DNA of 64,000 nucleotides from Rickettsiales bacterium. GTDB lineage: Bacteria > Pseudomonadota > Alphaproteobacteria > Rickettsiales > JABIRX01. Where the stretch lies: positions 14,039 to 78,038 of the forward strand of contig JABJNB010000005.1 of NCBI GenBank assembly GCA_018659145.1, written 5' to 3'. Position 1 is the first letter of the stretch. Every line of letters starts with the position of its first letter. Shown here piece by piece: positions 27,405 through 35,878 of this stretch. Under the pieces are notes generated by a model that worked only from the letters and a program-made list of their open reading frames with translations, was not told where the DNA came from and did no database searches. The position numbers and the translations under genes were made by a program.

Positions 27405-28856
27405 CTACTGCCCCTGAGACAAGGAGAAACCTAATTCTCCATCATACAGATAAAGGTTTTCTATTTTTGCAATATCTAGATCTTGATCACTGCAACAAGT
27501 GAGCAAAGCCAATATCTCTTTCTGCGTTACCATTTTATCTACTTGATTTGAGACAAAACGACAACGAGAAAGCTCGCTTTTCTCATTTGGATTAACATTT
27601 ACTGGCCATATCTGAAGACCACGAGACGAAATCATTTGTAATTGCAAATTCAGACCATCACCCAATTCTTGTAATAAATTTGCTAAATCATTTACTACAT
27701 CATACTTATAGTTCAAATATATGTCAGTACCTACCAAATCTCGCTTGATTGCCTTTACTTGATCAATAATTTTATAGCCCGATGTAACTACTTTTTTCGT
27801 AGGCACTTCCTGAGTCTTTAGCACTTCCGGTTTAGACCCAAGCCTAGCTATAATTGCATCTGTAAATTCTGAAGTTGTAACTTTTTTATTTGAAATTTCT
27901 TTATTATACATATCAGCTGTATGCACACCATCTTCAATAGTTTTTAAGAAAGCATTTTCAATTAATAATGCTTTCTCAGATAAATTAATATGATTGAGCA
28001 TCATAATAGCAGCATTTAGTAATCCTGAAGGATTAGCAATATTTTTACCGGCAATGTCAGGAGCTGATCCATGAATTGCTTCAAACATAGCAAAGTCATC
28101 ACCTATATTTGCAGAACCACATGTGCCTACACTACCTAAGATTTCAGCTATAACATCAGAAATAATATCGCCATATAAATTCATCGTAACTATAACATCA
28201 AAATCTTCAGGATACTTTGCCATTCTAGCAGTACCAATATCTACTATGATTTTATTTGTTTCAATAGATGGGTATGATTTTGCTATTTCATCAAAAACAC
28301 TACTAAATAAACCATCTGTCATTTTCATTATATTATCCTTTACACAGCAAGTAACCTTCCGCCGATTATTAGCTATAGCATAATCAAAAGCATATTTTAT
28401 GATTTTTTCACATCCAAGGCGTGAAACTAACTTAAGTGATTGATAAGTATTATTGCTTAAGCGATATTCTATTCCTGCATATAAATCTTCCTCATTCTCT
28501 CGAATTACAACGACATCCGCTTTATCAGAATAGGATTTTACAAAAGGCGAAAAAGACCTCAGAGGCCTCACATTTGCATATAGCCCCAAACCTTTCCTAA
28601 AAGTAACATTTAAACTTTTATACCCTCCGCCAAAAGGTGTAGTAATTGGTGCTTTTAATAAAATTTTATTATTCAAAACCGTTTCCCAAGCACTAGGAGC
28701 GATGCCAGAATCAAAGCCGCGACTATAAAGTTTTTCACCAACTTCAACAATATCAATAGATAAGTTTAATTCCACGGCCCTAAAAACTGCTAACACAGAT
28801 TCCATGATCTCTGGGCCTATCCCATCCCCATAAGCTATGGCAACTCTATTATACAT
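27405..28856 (-). CDS. icd: isocitrate dehydrogenase (long Rickettsia-type with C-terminal extension)
   Basis: 483 aa. IAYGDGIGPEIM, SLNVTFRKGLGLYANVRP, IRENEEDLYAGIE, NLYGDIISD and FEAIHGSAPDIAGKNIANP are isocitrate/isopropylmalate dehydrogenase blocks. They are followed by about 130 extra C-terminal residues. Confidence 0.85.
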   Translation of the reverse strand: MYNRVAIAYGDGIGPEIMESVLAVFRAVELNLSIDIVEVGEKLYSRGFDSGIAPSAWETVLNNKILLKAPITTPFGGGYKSLNVTFRKGLGLYANVRPLRSFSPFVKSYSDKADVVVIRENEEDLYAGIEYRLSNNTYQSLKLVSRLGCEKIIKYAFDYAIANNRRKVTCCVKDNIMKMTDGLFSSVFDEIAKSYPSIETNKIIVDIGTARMAKYPEDFDVIVTMNLYGDIISDVIAEILGSVGTCGSANIGDDFAMFEAIHGSAPDIAGKNIANPSGLLNAAIMMLNHINLSEKALLIENAFLKTIEDGVHTADMYNKEISNKKVTTSEFTDAIIARLGSKPEVLKTQEVPTKKVVTSGYKIIDQVKAIKRDLVGTDIYLNYKYDVVNDLANLLQELGDGLNLQLQMISSRGLQIWPVNVNPNEKSELSRCRFVSNQVDKMVTQKEILALLTCCSDQDLDIAKIENLYLYDGELGFSLSQGQ

Positions 28857-28963
28857 AAATCATACGTTACAGATATGTTAAAAAAAACTTTACTAATCTT
28901 TCAATTTAGATAGAGATATGCATTATTTTTTCAAGCAAATAATTTATTCACGTTTATACAATT

Positions 28964-29683
28964 ATGACAAAGTTTATCCCATCAATTCACAGAGAAGGCT
29001 ATATATACATCATTATTGCCTTTATATTCACACTTATCTGCTCTTCTATCGCAGTTAATTTAACCTGGATTTCAGCTCTTGCCACTCTATATATAGCATA
29101 TTTCTTTAGAGATCCTGATAGAGTAACTCCAGAGAATGATAATTTAGTTATATCTGCTGCCGATGGCGTAATTACAGCTATAGAAAAAGCCTTTCCACCT
29201 GAAGAGCTAGATATCGAGCAAAAAGAATTGATGCGCATTAGTACCTTCTTAAGTGTATTTGATGTTCACATAAACCGAAGCCCCGTATCAGGTACAATAA
29301 TTGATACCCAATATAGATCAGGAAAATTTCTAAACGCTTCCTTAGACAAAGCTTCAACAGACAATGAAAGGCAATCTTCGCTTATTTTAACAGATAAAAA
29401 GCAAAAAATAGTCGTAATACAAATTGCTGGACTTATAGCAAAACGTATTGTCTGTGATTATGCTATGGGTGATAATGTAACTCGTGGTAAAAAATTTGGT
29501 ATCATCAAATTTGGCTCAAGAGTTGATATTTACCTACCACTAGATTCTGAGATTAATGTATTAAAGGGACAAAGAGTTATTGGTGGTGAGACAACATTAG
29601 CAAAATTAAAAGCAAGTAGTAGTGCGGTACCAAAAGCTACAAAGGCCAAAGCAACTACAAAAGCTAAAATCTCTAACGAATAA
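28964..29683 (+). CDS. psd: phosphatidylserine decarboxylase proenzyme (short type)
   Basis: 239 aa. FFRDPDR, SPADG-like SAADGVI, FLSVFDVHINRSPVSG and the self-cleavage region IKFGSRVDIYLP. Confidence 0.85.
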   Translation: MTKFIPSIHREGYIYIIIAFIFTLICSSIAVNLTWISALATLYIAYFFRDPDRVTPENDNLVISAADGVITAIEKAFPPEELDIEQKELMRISTFLSVFDVHINRSPVSGTIIDTQYRSGKFLNASLDKASTDNERQSSLILTDKKQKIVVIQIAGLIAKRIVCDYAMGDNVTRGKKFGIIKFGSRVDIYLPLDSEINVLKGQRVIGGETTLAKLKASSSAVPKATKAKATTKAKISNE

Positions 29684-29696
29684 CAAAAGATAAATT

Positions 29697-30413
29697 ATGA
29701 CTAACGAAGAGTCTCATCTGCCCTTTATCAATTTATTACCCAATATAGTCACATTGATTGGCTTAACTATTGGATTAACTTCAATCAGATATGCCTTAGA
29801 TCAAAAATGGGAAAATGCTGTAAGTTTAATTGTGATTGCAGCATTTATCGATGGCTTTGATGGCAGGATAGCAAGGGCATTAAATGCTTCAAGCAAATTT
29901 GGTGCAGCTTTAGACTCTCTTGCTGACTTTGTCAATTTTGGCGTAGCTCCAGCTATACTATTATACCTATGGTCTTTAACAACTATCCCTTACAAAGGTA
30001 TTGGTTGGGCTATTACAACCTTAATCATCATATGCTGCGCTTTTAGGTTAGCCAGATTTAATAGTGACGAAGGCCTTGGAAATATTTTTCAAGGCATCTC
30101 TGCTCCATGCGGAGGTGGTCTACTCCTGCTGCCGATCATGCTATCATTCAATGACCTTATATCTTTCACTATAACCACATATATGATAGCTGTTTACTCT
30201 ATGACTGTAGCCGTTATGATGGCAAGTAACATACCAACAATTTCCATAAAAAACTTCCAAATCCATAATCGATTTTTTGTCCCTACTCTAATTATAATTA
30301 CAATATTTTTTGCACTATTAATTATCAGACCTTGGATATGCCTACCATTAATAGGACTATTATACATCCTATCAATACCTATTACTGTCTTTTTACATCG
30401 TGATAAAAGCTAA
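29697..30413 (+). CDS. pssA: CDP-diacylglycerol--serine O-phosphatidyltransferase
   Basis: 238 aa. It has the CDP-alcohol phosphatidyltransferase motif DGFDGRIARALNASSKFGAALDSLAD and several TM segments. Confidence 0.8.
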   Translation: MTNEESHLPFINLLPNIVTLIGLTIGLTSIRYALDQKWENAVSLIVIAAFIDGFDGRIARALNASSKFGAALDSLADFVNFGVAPAILLYLWSLTTIPYKGIGWAITTLIIICCAFRLARFNSDEGLGNIFQGISAPCGGGLLLLPIMLSFNDLISFTITTYMIAVYSMTVAVMMASNIPTISIKNFQIHNRFFVPTLIIITIFFALLIIRPWICLPLIGLLYILSIPITVFLHRDKS

Positions 30414-30417
30414 TCCT

Positions 30418-30861
30418 ATGCTGAATGTTCTGTTAATAAATGGCCCTAATCTAAATTTACTCGAACTGCGCGAGAAAGAGCATTATGGGAATATTAGCTT
30501 AAGCGGAATTGAATCAACGATTAAAGCTCATGCTGTAGAGTGCAATATTGACTTAATAGCAAAGCAATCTAACCATGAAGGCGAAATAGTTGAATTTATT
30601 CACGAAGCTATAAAAACAGATAAATACCAAGCTATTATTATAAATGCTGCAGCATACACACACACATCTATCGCAATTTTAGACGCATTAAAAATATTCA
30701 AAGGGCAAGTTATTGAAGTACATTTATCAGATATAACAAAGCGCGAAGATTTTAGAAAAAATTCATATATAAGCTTGCGTGCCGATAAAGTTTTTTTTGG
30801 CGAAGGGGTAAACAGCTATTTAAAGGCAATTGATTATTTAAGAGGTTTAAATCATGTTTAA
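30418..30861 (+). CDS. aroQ: type II 3-dehydroquinate dehydratase
   Basis: MLNVLLINGPNLNLLELREKEHYG, QSNHEGEIVEFIH, IIINAAAYTHTSIAILDAL and EVHLSDI match AroQ. I set the start at the ATG at 30418 rather than the track's GTG at 30400. Confidence 0.85.
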   Translation: MLNVLLINGPNLNLLELREKEHYGNISLSGIESTIKAHAVECNIDLIAKQSNHEGEIVEFIHEAIKTDKYQAIIINAAAYTHTSIAILDALKIFKGQVIEVHLSDITKREDFRKNSYISLRADKVFFGEGVNSYLKAIDYLRGLNHV

Positions 30862-31588
30862 TTTTTTAGGAAAAAATGTATTAATTACAGGAGCTACAGG
30901 TGGTATTGGAAAAGCATTATGCAAAGCCTTTTTAGATAATGGCTGCAACATTTCACTTGTTGGCACTTCTGATGAAAAATTAAATAATTTTATTAATAGC
31001 GAATTAGATGCATCTAGATGCACAGCATATAGCTGTGATTTTATGGATAAGGATGCTGTTAAAGCATTGGCCAAAAGATTAACCGACTCTATAGATATTG
31101 TAATTAATAACGCGGGCATTACACGCGATAACTTATCAATGCTAATGTCAGACGAAGAGTGGGAAGATGTAATTGATGTTAATTTAAACTCCGTTTTCTA
31201 CTTAATAAAAAGCCTTATCAGGCCAATGATGAAAAAAAGACATGGTCGAATTATTAACATCACCTCTATTGTTGGACACTCTGGAAATCCCGGTCAAGCA
31301 AATTACTGCGCTTCAAAAGCAGCTGTTTTAGGCATGAGCAAATCACTAGCTATTGAGCTATCTGCCAGAAATATTACTGTAAACTGTATAGCACCTGGGT
31401 TCATCCAAACAGCTATGACAGATAAATTAACCCAAGAGCAAATAAATGGTATTGTTGCCGGTATTCCAAATGGAAAGTTAGGATCGGCAGCAGATATTGC
31501 TAGTGGCGCATTATTCTTAGCTAGCGATCAAGCTAGTTACATTACCGGACAAACTTTACATATCAATGGTGGGCTATATATGGCGTAA
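30854..31588 (+). CDS. fabG: 3-oxoacyl-ACP reductase
   Basis: 244 aa. TGATGGIGKAL, NNAGITRD, the YCASKAA catalytic Tyr/Lys, and the C-terminal GQTLHINGGLYM. Confidence 0.85.
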   Translation: MFNFLGKNVLITGATGGIGKALCKAFLDNGCNISLVGTSDEKLNNFINSELDASRCTAYSCDFMDKDAVKALAKRLTDSIDIVINNAGITRDNLSMLMSDEEWEDVIDVNLNSVFYLIKSLIRPMMKKRHGRIINITSIVGHSGNPGQANYCASKAAVLGMSKSLAIELSARNITVNCIAPGFIQTAMTDKLTQEQINGIVAGIPNGKLGSAADIASGALFLASDQASYITGQTLHINGGLYMA

Positions 31589-31636
31589 TAATACGCGATA
31601 TATAGAATATCAAAGAGGTGCAAAATCTTGCTCTCC

Positions 31637-31897
31637 GTGATGGGGGATATACAAACACATGATTATCGCTGGAACATTTAGGAGATTAGAGTCTTTCGAT
31701 TCGTATTAATTATTTGTTTTGGGTTTATGCGCGAGACGCATGATGATGCTGGAATTATGTGGAGACACAATACTTGTGTGTCTGAGGTGGTCGATACAAA
31801 TACATAATTATCGTCGGAATGTTGGGAGGTTAGGGTATTGCAATTCATGGTTATTATTTGCTTTAAGTTGGCCAGCAGGCGTAAAATCTTACGTCTC
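31637..31897. repeat. two tandem family E-related units in the fabG-acpP spacer
   Basis: Unit 1 (31637..31783) begins gtgatgggggatatacaaacacatgattatcgctggaacatttaggagattag. Unit 2 (31784..31897) begins gaggtggtcgatacaaatacataattatcgtcggaatgttgggaggttag. They are roughly three-quarters identical by eye over about 90 bp. gagacgcat/acgtctc motifs link them to E1. Confidence 0.55.
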
Positions 31898-31968
31898 TTT
31901 GATTTTTATCTTTAAATTTAAATCGATTTGTATAAGAAAGATGTTTTAATTTTTTATAAGAGCATTCG

Positions 31969-32202
31969 ATGAGCGAGACATTGCAAAAAGTAACTAATAT
32001 TGTTTCAGAAAACCTTGGAGTTGAGGTATCTAAAGTTCAAGAGTCATCAAACTTTGTTGAAGATCTTGGTGCTGATAGTTTAGATCAAGTAGAACTAGTT
32101 ATGGCATTTGAAGAAGAATTCGGAATTGAAATTCCTGATGATGCTATTGAAAAAATCAAAACAGTTTCTGATGCTGTTACCCATATTGATGGTAATAAAT
32201 AA
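31969..32202 (+). CDS. acpP: acyl carrier protein
   Basis: 77 aa. The phosphopantetheine attachment site is [28 protein letters not shown]. Confidence 0.9.
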   Translation: MSETLQKVTNIVSENLGVEVSKVQESSNFVEDLGADSLDQVELVMAFEEEFGIEIPDDAIEKIKTVSDAVTHIDGNK

Positions 32203-32218
32203 TTAATTCCTCACTAAG

Positions 32219-33481
32219 ATGCGTAGAGTAGTTGTAACTGGACTTGGGGCTGTAACGCCTCTTGGATCTGGAATAAAGTCTAATTGGGATAACTTGATGG
32301 ATCTAAAATCAGGAATCTCTGGTATTACTCAGTTTGATGTTTCTGATGTTACATCTAAAATTGCAGGATCAGTACCTAGAGGCCATGGTTTTGGCGAGTA
32401 TAACCCCGACAACCTAATGTCACTCAAAGAACAGCGTAAAGTTTCTGACTTCATTATGTATGGGATGGATGCAGCTGATCAAGCCATAGCGGATGCTGAG
32501 CTTGATACAACTAACGAAGAAGAACTTCATCGTATAGGAGTTATAATCGGATCTGGTATTGGTGGTATTCACGAAATCTATGACAATACAAAAATCTTAG
32601 AAGAAAAAGGTCCTAGGCGCATTAGTCCTTTCTTTATTCCAAGCAGTTTGATTAACCTGGTTTCTGGACAAGTCTCAATAAAACATGGCTTCAAAGGACC
32701 AAATCACTCAGTAGTTACAGCATGTGCCACTGGAACTCATGCTATAGGCGATGCCTTCAGAATAATAAAATATGGTGACGCAGATGCCATGGTTGCTGGA
32801 GGTAGCGAATCAGCTCTAACAAAATTAGCCTTGGCCGGATTTGCTTCAGCAAGAGCATTATCCACTGGCTATAATGATACCCCTGAGCAAGCTTCAAGAC
32901 CATGGGACGAAGGTCGAGACGGTTTTGTTATGGGAGAAGGAGCAGGAGTAGTTGTTTTAGAAGAGTTAGAATCCGCAAAAAAACGTGGTGCTAAAATATA
33001 CGGCGAAGTTATTGGCTACGGAATGTCAGGTGACGCTTACCACATTACTTCCCCAGCCGAAAATGGTGATGGAGCATTTAGATGCATGAAAAACACTCTA
33101 AATGATGCCAAAATCAATAGCGATCAAATAGATTATATAAATGCTCATGGTACATCTACTCCAATGGGAGATAGGATTGAGCTCAGTACTGTAGCTAGAT
33201 TTTTTGAGAAAAGATCAGATAATTTATCAATGAGCTCAACAAAATCTTCAACCGGACATTTGCTTGGTGCCGCTGGTGCTATCGAAGCTATTTATACTGT
33301 TAAAGCTATATATGAGTCAGCACGACCAGCTACACTAAATTTAGATAACTCTATTGAAAGTCATGGTATAAATCTTCAAGCTAATCAAATATTAGAAAAA
33401 GAAACTTCATACGCACTATCTAACTCATTTGGGTTTGGTGGCACAAATGCCTCTTTAATATTCAAAAAATTTGATGAATAA
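32219..33481 (+). CDS. fabF: 3-oxoacyl-ACP synthase II
   Basis: 420 aa. RRVVVTGLG, active-site VVTACATGTHAIGDA, INAHGTSTPMGD and NSFGFGGTNASLIF. Confidence 0.9.
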   Translation: MRRVVVTGLGAVTPLGSGIKSNWDNLMDLKSGISGITQFDVSDVTSKIAGSVPRGHGFGEYNPDNLMSLKEQRKVSDFIMYGMDAADQAIADAELDTTNEEELHRIGVIIGSGIGGIHEIYDNTKILEEKGPRRISPFFIPSSLINLVSGQVSIKHGFKGPNHSVVTACATGTHAIGDAFRIIKYGDADAMVAGGSESALTKLALAGFASARALSTGYNDTPEQASRPWDEGRDGFVMGEGAGVVVLEELESAKKRGAKIYGEVIGYGMSGDAYHITSPAENGDGAFRCMKNTLNDAKINSDQIDYINAHGTSTPMGDRIELSTVARFFEKRSDNLSMSSTKSSTGHLLGAAGAIEAIYTVKAIYESARPATLNLDNSIESHGINLQANQILEKETSYALSNSFGFGGTNASLIFKKFDE

Positions 33482-34454
33482 ACGCATATATATTAGTCTT
33501 ATATGCACCATTCTTCTATTCATAACACTAATAATCTTTCTGCTACAAAAGAACTTCTCTCTTAGTGAAGATCGTATTTTTGAGATTACCGAAGGCAGCT
33601 CCGTTGTTTCAATAGTAAAGCAACTGCAGTCACAAAATATTATTAATTATAGCCTGCCTTATATTATCTTACTAAAAGTTGAGAGTAATTTATTTGGTAA
33701 TTTAGATTTTAAGTCCGGCGAATATTTAATATTAAAAAATGATAATTTACTTACATTAAAACATAAGTTTCAAAAACACGATGTTTATTTACGCAAAATT
33801 ACCTTCATCGAAGGTAATACAACTGCTGAATTCTTACGTGCTATAGATAAAAGCCCTTACTTATCAGGTAATATATCTCTGACTCCAAAGGAAGGCTATT
33901 TATTTCCTGATACTTATTATTTTGAGAAGAATACTGCTAGAGACGACTTAATCAAAATAATGCAAAACAAAACAACATCCCTACTTAATGATTTTTCGCA
34001 TAAATATCAGACTAATATTAGCTTAAAGTCCAAAGAAGAAGTTTTGATTATGGCCTCCATTATTGAGAAAGAAACAGGTAAAAATAGTGAGCGTAGCCAA
34101 ATTTCCGGGGTATTTTATAATAGGCTAGCCAAAAGAATGCGCCTACAAACAGATCCAACGGTGATATATGCAGTAACTAAAGGAAAATACAAATTAGAAC
34201 GCCCTTTATCAAAAAGAGATCTAAATAGTAAATCAGCATACAACACTTATAGAATCCAAGGACTCCCTCCTACTCCTATTAGTAACCCTGGATATCAAGC
34301 ATTATATTCTGCATTTAATCCAGAAAAAACAGATTATTTATATTTTGTTTCAAATGGTAAGGGTGGTCATAATTTTTCAAAAAACTTGAAGGAGCACAAT
34401 CAAAATGTAGCATTGTTACGTAGAATCGAAAAAGCTAAGCGCAATGCCAAATAA
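33471..34454 (+). CDS. mltG: endolytic murein transglycosylase MltG (YceG-like)
   Basis: 327 aa. It has an N-terminal TM segment and the YceG motifs EGYLFPDTYYF, ASIIEKET, LQTDPTVIY, YNTYRIQGLPPTPISNPG and YLYFVSNGKGGHNFS. Confidence 0.8.
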   Translation: MMNKRIYISLICTILLFITLIIFLLQKNFSLSEDRIFEITEGSSVVSIVKQLQSQNIINYSLPYIILLKVESNLFGNLDFKSGEYLILKNDNLLTLKHKFQKHDVYLRKITFIEGNTTAEFLRAIDKSPYLSGNISLTPKEGYLFPDTYYFEKNTARDDLIKIMQNKTTSLLNDFSHKYQTNISLKSKEEVLIMASIIEKETGKNSERSQISGVFYNRLAKRMRLQTDPTVIYAVTKGKYKLERPLSKRDLNSKSAYNTYRIQGLPPTPISNPGYQALYSAFNPEKTDYLYFVSNGKGGHNFSKNLKEHNQNVALLRRIEKAKRNAK

Positions 34455-34484
34455 AATAAAACCACTCTTTTTATATAACTACAA

Positions 34485-35174
34485 ATGAAGATCGGTATAA
34501 TTCGCTCATTATTCTTCTATTTATGCCTGAGCTTATGGACAATTATAATTGGAGTCGGAATGATGCCAATTAGCCTTATAAGCAAAAAATATGCTATGTA
34601 TGTCAGTTATATTTGGGCTAAATATTTAGTTATATTAATAAAGGTAATATTAAAAATTAACTACACTGTTGAGGGAAGCGATAACATCCCTAAAGAGAAC
34701 TGTGTTATTGCTTCAAATCATCAATCAGCTTGGGAAACAATTTTCTATCTTTATTACTTTAAAAACCCTATTTTCATCCTTAAAAAAGAATTATTTTACC
34801 TTCCCGTCATAGGATTTTACTGCAAGCGTACTGGCATGGTCTTCATTGATAGAAGGAAAGCTTTAGAGTCAGTAAAAAATCTGAAAAAATCTTTTGCTAG
34901 AGCTCCAAACCGAAAAATTATTATCTTTCCTGAAGGCACAAGAGTAAAATATTCTAATAAGGTGAAATTTAAATCAGGTGTACATTTTTTATCTAGTAAT
35001 TTAAAACTAAGAATTATTCCTTCAGCACATAATGCTGGAAAATACTGGCCCAAGGGTATGTTCAACAAAAAATCAGGGACAGTAACAATTAAATTTTTAT
35101 CAGGACTAGATCAAATTGATGATAAAAAAAATCTAATAAAAACTCTAGAAAATAAGATTTATTCCTCTATATAA
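34485..35174 (+). CDS. plsC: 1-acyl-sn-glycerol-3-phosphate acyltransferase
   Basis: 229 aa. Acyltransferase block I NHQSAWE and block III IFPEGTR, plus an N-terminal TM segment. Confidence 0.7.
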   Translation: MKIGIIRSLFFYLCLSLWTIIIGVGMMPISLISKKYAMYVSYIWAKYLVILIKVILKINYTVEGSDNIPKENCVIASNHQSAWETIFYLYYFKNPIFILKKELFYLPVIGFYCKRTGMVFIDRRKALESVKNLKKSFARAPNRKIIIFPEGTRVKYSNKVKFKSGVHFLSSNLKLRIIPSAHNAGKYWPKGMFNKKSGTVTIKFLSGLDQIDDKKNLIKTLENKIYSSI

Positions 35175-35274
35175 ATACCCTCCTATCCGTTATAGGAAGG
35201 TATTTACAATACCTTATTTCATCATTCAAAATGATAGGATATAATGCAACCAGTTAAAATCAAGAGGGTTACAA

Positions 35275-35775
35275 ATGATAGATAGCACAATAACTAAAAC
35301 TTCTGGGGTTTCGATTAACAATGAAATTGACTCTAACCTTTCCCACATAACTATTAAAGAGAACTACTCTCCTATCTCAAGTGACTCTTATATGTGTGAT
35401 GAATCATTAAAGTATTTTCAAGTAAAATTAATTGCTTGGAAAGGTCTCTTACTTATTGAGCTTGATAACACTATGATAGATTTAAAAAACAAGCATATGC
35501 AGGAGCCTGATGAAAATGATAGAGCATCTGCAGAGAGTGATACTAGCTTTGAATTGCGCACAAGAGAACGATATATGAAACTTATTACAAAAATTGACCA
35601 AGCGCTAGCTCGTATCGAAAATAAAGAATATGGTTATTGCATAGTCACCGGTGAAGAAATAGGTCTAAAACGCCTAGAAGCAAGACCAATTGCAACTATG
35701 AGTATTGAAGCACAAGAAGAATATGAGCAAAAAAAGAAACTAATGAAAACGGTTGAAGAGGAAGAGGCTTTCTAG
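35275..35775 (+). CDS. dksA: DksA/TraR-family RNA polymerase-binding transcription factor
   Basis: 166 aa. It has a coiled-coil with acidic tip DENDRASAESDTSFELRTRER, and a C-terminal RIENKEYGYCIVTGEEIGLKRLEARP. That region is the Cys-poor variant common in Alphaproteobacteria. Confidence 0.7.
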   Translation: MIDSTITKTSGVSINNEIDSNLSHITIKENYSPISSDSYMCDESLKYFQVKLIAWKGLLLIELDNTMIDLKNKHMQEPDENDRASAESDTSFELRTRERYMKLITKIDQALARIENKEYGYCIVTGEEIGLKRLEARPIATMSIEAQEEYEQKKKLMKTVEEEEAF

Positions 35776-35878
35776 ATTACTATTTTCTAATCTTAGTATT
35801 AGGCTTGCTATTTTGACAAAAAGTTAGCAAGTTAAAGACTAGATTCAGCCTATTAGATTAATACTCCTTTTGCAAAAC

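Noticed and set aside
31719-31949. 76-aa ORF in the fabG-acpP spacer
   Set aside because: It is made entirely of the tandem family E repeat units. Its composition is Cys/Arg/Trp-rich, unlike real genes here, and it has no ribosome-binding site.
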